From positions 1,398,227 through 1,462,226 of the forward strand of contig NZ_JAUSVL010000001.1 in the NCBI RefSeq assembly GCF_030814695.1: 64,000 nucleotides of DNA, written 5' to 3'. Below the pieces are notes generated by a model, which saw only the letters and a list, made by a program, of their open reading frames with translations, made no database searches and was not told the DNA's origin. Position 1 is the first letter of the stretch. Every line of letters begins with the position of its first letter. The translations under genes were made by a program, and so were the position numbers. Below, piece after piece: positions 58,767 through 64,000 of this stretch. Source of the DNA: Oligosphaera ethanolica. Lineage in GTDB: Bacteria; Verrucomicrobiota; Lentisphaeria; Oligosphaerales; Oligosphaeraceae.

Positions 58767-60890
58767 TTATCCGACTTTGGCGCCGGGAGCGATATCGCCA
58801 TCGACGCCGAGCAGTCGCAGCTCCTTGCCTCTCTTAGCGGCCAGGAGCATCCCCTGTGATTCCACGCCGCAGAGCGTCGCCGGTTGCAGGTTCGCCACCA
58901 TGACGATGGTCTTACCCACGACATCCGCCGGCTGATAGAATTTGGCGATGCCGGCGACAATCTGGCGCTTCTCGCCACAGTCCACCTGCAGCTTCAGCAG
59001 CTTATCGGTGTTTGGCACCGGCTCGGCGGCCAGCACTAGCGCCGTGCGCAACTGCAGCCGGGCAAAGTCCTCAATACCGATCAGGGCGACATTTTCCGGC
59101 GCCTTCTCCGGCGCGGCCCCGGCCTTCTCTCCGCCCTTCACGGGCGCGGCTGGCGCCGGTGCGGCCGGCGCGTTGTTTTTCTGGTCCTGCTTTTCGATTT
59201 TGGCCCAGCTGTCCTTCAGTCCGACCGTCCGGTTAAACACGGGCTTCTCGGGCTTGTAGTCATAGCGGTCGGCGCAGAAATAGCCCACGCGTTCAAACTG
59301 CACGCGGTCCTCGGGCTTAAGCGTCGCCAAGGCCGGCTCGATCTTGCAGCCGGGCAGAACCTGCAGCGCGTCGGGATTGAGATTTTCCACGAAGTCGTGG
59401 CCGTCCTCGACGTCCTCCGGGGCTTCTTTGGCGAAGAGCCGGTCGTAGAGGCGCAGTTCGGCATCGATGGCGTGGCTGGCCTCGACCCAGTGGATCGTAC
59501 CCTTGATCTTGCGGCCGTCGACCGGGTTGCCGCCCTTGCTGTCGGGATCGTAGGTACAATGCACTTCGGCGATGCTGCCGTCGGCATTCTTCACCACCTT
59601 TTCGCAGGCGATGATGTAGCCCCAGCGCAAGCGCACTTCCTGTCCGGGCGTCAGCCGGAAATACTTGGGCGGGGCAACCTCGCGGAAGTCGTCCTGATCA
59701 ATGTACAGCTCGCGACCGAAGGGGATTTTGCGCGTGCCGGCCGCGGCATCTTCGGGGTTATTCACGGCTTCCAGCCATTCGACCTGACCGGCCGGGTAGT
59801 TACTGATCACCAGCTTCAGCGGCTTCAGCACCGCCATGTAGCGCGATGAACTCTGGTTGAGCTCGTCACGCAAACAGCTCTCCAGCAGCGCCACGTCCGT
59901 AATGCCATTGAACTTGGTGATGCCAGCGCGCTGCAAAAACGCATGAATGGCGCTCGGCGTATAGCCACGGCGGCGCAGGCCGCAGAGCGTCGGCATGCGC
60001 GGATCGTCCCACCCGTGAACGTATTTCTCCTGCACCAGCCGCAGAAGTTTGCGCTTGCTCATCACGGTGTAATTGAGATTCAAACGCGAAAACTCGATCT
60101 GCCGTGGCTTGTGCACGGGCAGCGGCTGCAGAAACCAGTCGTAAAGCGGCCGGTGGATCTCGAACTCCAGCGAGCACAGCGAGTGCGTGATGCCCTCAAT
60201 GGAGTCCTCCAGGCCGTGCGCCCAGTCGTACATCGGATAGATGCACCACGTGTCGCCGCTGCGGTGGTGCGACGTGTGCTGGATGCGGTACATCACCGGG
60301 TCACGCAAATTGATGTTCGGCGCCGCCATGTCGATCTTCGCCCGCAGCACCTTCGCGCCATTGGGAAACTCGCCGGCGCGCATCCGCCGAAAGAGATCGA
60401 GGTTCTCGGCCACCGGGCGGTTCCGCCAGGGGCTTTCCTTGCCGGCCTCAGTCAGCGTGCCGCGCGTCTCGCGGATCTCCTCCGCGCTCTGCTCGTCCAC
60501 GTAGGCCAGGCCCTTCTCGATCATCATCTCAGCGTATTCGTACATCTTCGCGAAATAATCCGACGCGTAGCGGACCTCGCCTTCCCACTGGTAGCCCAAC
60601 CAGCGCACGTCCTCCTTGATGGCATCGACGTATTCGACATCTTCCTTGCTCGGGTTGGTGTCATCCATGCGCAGCATGCACTTGCCCTGGTAGTCACGGG
60701 CAATGCCGAAATCGATGCACAGCGCCTTCGCATGACCTATGTGCAAATAGCCGTTAGGCTCCGGTGGAAAACGCGTGCGGATGTCGCCAAGCTGGTACTT
60801 GCCGGAACGAATGTCCTCGTTGATGATTTCCCGGATAAAATCGGTCGCGGCCGGCAATGCCGGCTCGGCGGGCTTGGCGTGGTCACTCAT
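58767..60890 (-). CDS. glnS: Glutamine--tRNA ligase with a C-terminal EMAP-II/Trbp111-like tRNA-binding domain.
   Basis: The GlnRS core has [16 protein letters not shown] and VMSKR, and ends ...[17 protein letters not shown] Pro/Ala linker and about 100 aa follow ([52 protein letters not shown]), which fits the Myf/EMAP OB fold. Confidence 0.8.
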   Translation of the reverse strand: MSDHAKPAEPALPAATDFIREIINEDIRSGKYQLGDIRTRFPPEPNGYLHIGHAKALCIDFGIARDYQGKCMLRMDDTNPSKEDVEYVDAIKEDVRWLGYQWEGEVRYASDYFAKMYEYAEMMIEKGLAYVDEQSAEEIRETRGTLTEAGKESPWRNRPVAENLDLFRRMRAGEFPNGAKVLRAKIDMAAPNINLRDPVMYRIQHTSHHRSGDTWCIYPMYDWAHGLEDSIEGITHSLCSLEFEIHRPLYDWFLQPLPVHKPRQIEFSRLNLNYTVMSKRKLLRLVQEKYVHGWDDPRMPTLCGLRRRGYTPSAIHAFLQRAGITKFNGITDVALLESCLRDELNQSSSRYMAVLKPLKLVISNYPAGQVEWLEAVNNPEDAAAGTRKIPFGRELYIDQDDFREVAPPKYFRLTPGQEVRLRWGYIIACEKVVKNADGSIAEVHCTYDPDSKGGNPVDGRKIKGTIHWVEASHAIDAELRLYDRLFAKEAPEDVEDGHDFVENLNPDALQVLPGCKIEPALATLKPEDRVQFERVGYFCADRYDYKPEKPVFNRTVGLKDSWAKIEKQDQKNNAPAAPAPAAPVKGGEKAGAAPEKAPENVALIGIEDFARLQLRTALVLAAEPVPNTDKLLKLQVDCGEKRQIVAGIAKFYQPADVVGKTIVMVANLQPATLCGVESQGMLLAAKRGKELRLLGVDGDIAPGAKVG

Positions 60891-61095
60891 CGGTCACTTC
60901 CTCGCGTTCGTCGTTCACTCGTTCGTGCTTGCACATCCGCCTGCGGCGGAGCAAGTGGCTAATATAATGGCCACAGACACCCTGACAATGCGACAGCGGC
61001 ACATGCGCGGGTATATTAAGCGACACTGTGGCAGGCGCCACGGCACTATCGTCCATAACTTTAGCGAAAGAACTTCCCCAGCCAAAAACAAACGC

Positions 61096-63600
61096 ATGAA
61101 ATTACTCCAAAACAGCAACAAACCGGCATTGATCTTCAAGAATGACCAGGTCTCCTTCGACCAGCTCATCGGCGTCACCGCCGTCTATGCCCGCCTCGTT
61201 GCCGCCGCGTCGGGGGATCGCGTGGCAATCTTTTCGGAAAACCGTCCCGAGTGGGTCTACGCGTTCTACGCCGCCTGGCGCAAGCACGCCATACCCGTGC
61301 CGATTGACGCCATGGCCAGTGTCGATGAAATCGCCTACATCCTCAAAGATAGCACGCCCGTCGCCGTCTTCGTGTCGCCAAAAAATGTCGAGACCATGGA
61401 GAAGGCCATTGCCATGGCCGAATGCCAGACGAAACTCATCGTCTTCACCGACATCGCCATACCCGCCACCATTCCCGACGAGGACAAAGTCTTCCCCGAA
61501 GCCGCAGACGACGACACCGCCGTAATCATCTACACGTCCGGCACCACCGGCAGCCCCAAGGGCGTCATGCTCAGTTACGAGAATCTCCGCGCCAATCTCA
61601 TCGCGGTATCCGAGCAGGTGCCCATCTACAAAGCCACCGACCGGGTGATGATCCTCCTGCCGCTGCATCACGTCCTGCCCCTCCAAGGCACCCTGATCAT
61701 GCCGCTATCTATCAACGCCACCTGCGTCATGTCACCCTCCATGGTCGCCGCCGATATCCTCCAAACCCTCGCCGACCATCACGTGACCCTCTTCGTTGGC
61801 GTGCCCAGACTCTATATCCTCCTCCGTGACAGCATGAAGAGCCGCATCCGCCAGAGCAAGGTCGCCTCGGCACTCTTCGCCCTCGCCGCCGCCGTCAACT
61901 CCCTGGCATTCTCCCGCGTGATCTTCAAATCCGTGCAGAAGAAATTTGGCGGCGCCATGCGCCACATGCCCTGCGGTGGCGCCTCGCTGGACCCGCAGGT
62001 GGTCAAGGACTTCCGTACCCTCGGCTTCGAGATCCTCATGGGCTACGGCATGACCGAAACCGCGCCAATGATCTCTTTCACCAAGCCCAACGCCCCACGC
62101 GCCGGCTCGTCTGGACAAGTCATACCCTGCAATGAAGTCCGCGTCGTCGATGGCGAAATCACCGTCCGCGGCAAAAATGTCATGAAGGGCTACTACAAAC
62201 GCCCCGAGGAAACCGCCGCGATCATCAAGGACGGCTGGCTCCATACCGGCGACCTCGGCTACGTCGACGACGATGGCTTCATCTTCATCACCGGCCGCAA
62301 GAAGGAAATCATCGTCCTCCCCAACGGCAAGAATATCAATCCCGACGAGGTCGAGCAGAAGATCATCAAGATGTCCGACTGGATCGCGGAAATCGCCGTG
62401 CTGGGCTCGGGCGACTCGCTCCAGGCGCTGATCCTGCCGCACTTCCAGAATCTCCAGGCGCAAGGCGTGCTCAATATCGAAGAGTCCATCCGCCAGCAAG
62501 TCATCGCCCACTACAACCAGCAGGCATCAAGCTACAAACGCGTCTTCAAATGCACCTTCGTCACTGACGCCCTGCCCCGCACCCGCCTCGGCAAGCTCAA
62601 ACGCCATGAGCTCGAAACAATCGCCAAAGCCGGCAACGCCCGCCAAAAAGAGGCCGTCGCCGAACCCGACAGCGAGGCATACCGCGTCATCAAGGAGTAC
62701 CTCGTCGGCCAGCTCGGACAAGATATCCATCCCAACGACCATTTTGAAATGGACCTCAGCCTGGACTCCCTCGGCAAAGTCAGTTTCCAAGTCTTCCTCA
62801 GCGGCACCTTCAGCGTGGAAATTCCCGAGCAGATGCTGCTCGAACACCCCACGCCCGCCAAGCTCGCCGCCAAAATTCACGATCTCGGCCACGACACCAT
62901 CGCCGCCAGCAGCGGCTTCAAATGGGGCAAGATCCTCCGTGAAAAAATCGCCGTGAAACTACCCCGGAGCTGGTTCACCCACCAGTGGCTCAATCTCTTC
63001 TCCAAGAGCATCCTCCACAGTGTCTTCAAACTGCGTGGCGAGGGCGTGGAGAATATCCCCGACGGCCCCTGCGTCTTCGCCCCCAACCACCAGAGCTACC
63101 TCGACGCCTTCTTCATCTCGGCGTTCATGAAAAAAGGCGTTCTCAAACAGACCTTCTTCTACGCCAAGGCCGAACACCTCCGCCGCGGCTGGCAGCGCTT
63201 CATGGCTAACCGCCATAATGTCATCATCATGGACGTCAACAGCGACCTCAAGCTGTCCCTACAAAAGCTGGCCAGCGCACTAGCGCAAGGCAAGAAGGTC
63301 ATTATCTTCCCCGAAGGCACCCGCACCGTCGACGGCCAGCTGGGCACCTTCAAACAAACCTTCGCCATCCTCGGCCGCGAACTCAATGTGCCCATCGTAC
63401 CCATCGCCATCGCCGGCGCCTACCAGGCGCTGCCACGAAATCGCTTCTTCCCCAAACTCTTCAAGCCGGTCGCCGTGTCCTTCCTCCCACCCATCGTCCC
63501 ACAGGCAGGCGACGACTATGGCTCGCTGGTGGACAAGGCCGTCAGCCAGATCCGCGCCAAACTGGCCAGCAAGCAGCCACCGGAGCAGCCCTCTGTATGA
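61096..63600 (+). CDS. Tri-domain acyl-activating protein: AMP-binding (acyl-CoA/ACP synthetase), then an ACP-like phosphopantetheine site, then a lysophospholipid acyltransferase (PlsC/LPLAT). It is Aas-like.
   Basis: It has YTSGTTGSPKGV (AMP-binding), DLSLDSLGKV (carrier-domain Ser), NHQSYLD (HxxxxD) and FPEGTRT. The start was moved to the ATG at 61096, which avoids the overlap with glnS. Confidence 0.75.
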   Translation: MKLLQNSNKPALIFKNDQVSFDQLIGVTAVYARLVAAASGDRVAIFSENRPEWVYAFYAAWRKHAIPVPIDAMASVDEIAYILKDSTPVAVFVSPKNVETMEKAIAMAECQTKLIVFTDIAIPATIPDEDKVFPEAADDDTAVIIYTSGTTGSPKGVMLSYENLRANLIAVSEQVPIYKATDRVMILLPLHHVLPLQGTLIMPLSINATCVMSPSMVAADILQTLADHHVTLFVGVPRLYILLRDSMKSRIRQSKVASALFALAAAVNSLAFSRVIFKSVQKKFGGAMRHMPCGGASLDPQVVKDFRTLGFEILMGYGMTETAPMISFTKPNAPRAGSSGQVIPCNEVRVVDGEITVRGKNVMKGYYKRPEETAAIIKDGWLHTGDLGYVDDDGFIFITGRKKEIIVLPNGKNINPDEVEQKIIKMSDWIAEIAVLGSGDSLQALILPHFQNLQAQGVLNIEESIRQQVIAHYNQQASSYKRVFKCTFVTDALPRTRLGKLKRHELETIAKAGNARQKEAVAEPDSEAYRVIKEYLVGQLGQDIHPNDHFEMDLSLDSLGKVSFQVFLSGTFSVEIPEQMLLEHPTPAKLAAKIHDLGHDTIAASSGFKWGKILREKIAVKLPRSWFTHQWLNLFSKSILHSVFKLRGEGVENIPDGPCVFAPNHQSYLDAFFISAFMKKGVLKQTFFYAKAEHLRRGWQRFMANRHNVIIMDVNSDLKLSLQKLASALAQGKKVIIFPEGTRTVDGQLGTFKQTFAILGRELNVPIVPIAIAGAYQALPRNRFFPKLFKPVAVSFLPPIVPQAGDDYGSLVDKAVSQIRAKLASKQPPEQPSV

Positions 63601-64000
63601 GTGAACAGACCGGAACAGGTCTTGCGCAACCCCGCCACTACGCCGTCCTCGGCGGCGGTGGCTTCCTCGGCCGAGCCATCGTCCGCATGCTCCGGGCTCG
63701 CGGTGACGCCGTCCGGGTCTTCGGCCGCCACCGCTACCCCGAGGTCGAAGCCCTGGGCGCCGAATGCGTGGTCGGTGATGTCCGCGATCCCGCCGCCGTC
63801 ATGCGCGCCTGCCAGGGCTGCCACACCGTGTTCCACACCATCGCCATCTGCGACATCATCCGCGACAAACGCCTGTACTACGAGGTCAATGTCCGCGGCA
63901 GCGCCAATGTCCTACGGGCCTGCCTCGAAAACAAGGTCCGCTGCCTGGTCTACACCAGCACCCCCAGCGTCGTCATCGCACCGCACCATATCATTCTCGG
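63597..64000 (+). CDS. NAD-dependent epimerase/dehydratase (3-beta-HSD-like). It is a 5' fragment that continues beyond the window.
   Basis: It begins MSEQTGTGLAQPRHYAVLGGGGFLGRAIVRML, a Rossmann GxxGxxG. Its ATG overlaps the upstream stop (ATGA). No stop is reached before position 64000. Confidence 0.65.
   Translation, partial: MSEQTGTGLAQPRHYAVLGGGGFLGRAIVRMLRARGDAVRVFGRHRYPEVEALGAECVVGDVRDPAAVMRACQGCHTVFHTIAICDIIRDKRLYYEVNVRGSANVLRACLENKVRCLVYTSTPSVVIAPHHIIL

Overview
This 64-kb window is high-GC (roughly 60% by eye) bacterial chromosomal DNA. Six DUF1559 / H-X9-DG prepilin-like genes, five of them in one tandem array, together with a dense set of secreted glycoside hydrolases (GH2, GH36, a GH5-like TIM barrel, GH16, GH35 and GH4), make a Planctomycetes-Verrucomicrobia-Lentisphaerae/Kiritimatiellae-type organism the most consistent source. 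That placement is inferred only from gene content. The ORF track marks GTG/TTG starts as M, and I corrected several starts using RBS context.

The protein-coding content falls into these groups:
- A sugar/oxidoreductase block at the left end (GT4-like glycosyltransferase, Gfo/Idh/MocA, SDR).
- An operon of a hypothetical protein, a polysaccharide deacetylase, an M24 peptidase and a SAM methyltransferase.
- A secreted parallel-beta-helix protein.
- A lower-GC NERD - McrB-like - McrC-like defence operon.
- A TAT-secreted metallophosphoesterase and a GH35 beta-galactosidase.
- An IS element (DDE transposase, IS5/IS1182-like) inserted next to a low-GC MBOAT / DHHW (AlgI/AlgJ-like) polysaccharide O-acetylation pair.
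- A GH4 glycosidase, a Zn-dependent alcohol dehydrogenase, a GltS glutamate symporter, an MFS transporter and a second metallophosphoesterase.
- A pair of SPFH/flotillin-like proteins, the first interrupted by an in-frame TAG.
- A GH16 - DUF1559 - GH2 - GH36 - GH5-like glycan-degradation cluster.
- A nitronate monooxygenase/FabK-like flavoenzyme, a UXS-like epimerase, and glyQS, ctpA-like, MBL-fold, trpS and glnS genes; glnS carries a C-terminal EMAP/Trbp111-like domain.
- An AMP-binding - ACP-like - lysophospholipid-acyltransferase (Aas-like) fusion and a partial 3-beta-HSD-like epimerase at the right edge.

The non-coding DNA is unusually structured. Eight arrays of 9-bp tandem repeats share a core of roughly GGACGNAT/GATC; several are fused to a conserved ~105-bp tail module. 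A ~163-nt hairpin-rich repeat occurs three times with compensatory stem substitutions, and two inverted copies bracket gltS. A 568-bp MITE has IS1-like 22/23-bp TIRs and a perfect 9-bp TSD. An 88-bp near-identical segment sits upstream of two unrelated genes. A 167-bp unit is repeated about 4.6 times in tandem between trpS and glnS, each copy carrying a terminator hairpin. No rRNA, tRNA or CRISPR was recognised.
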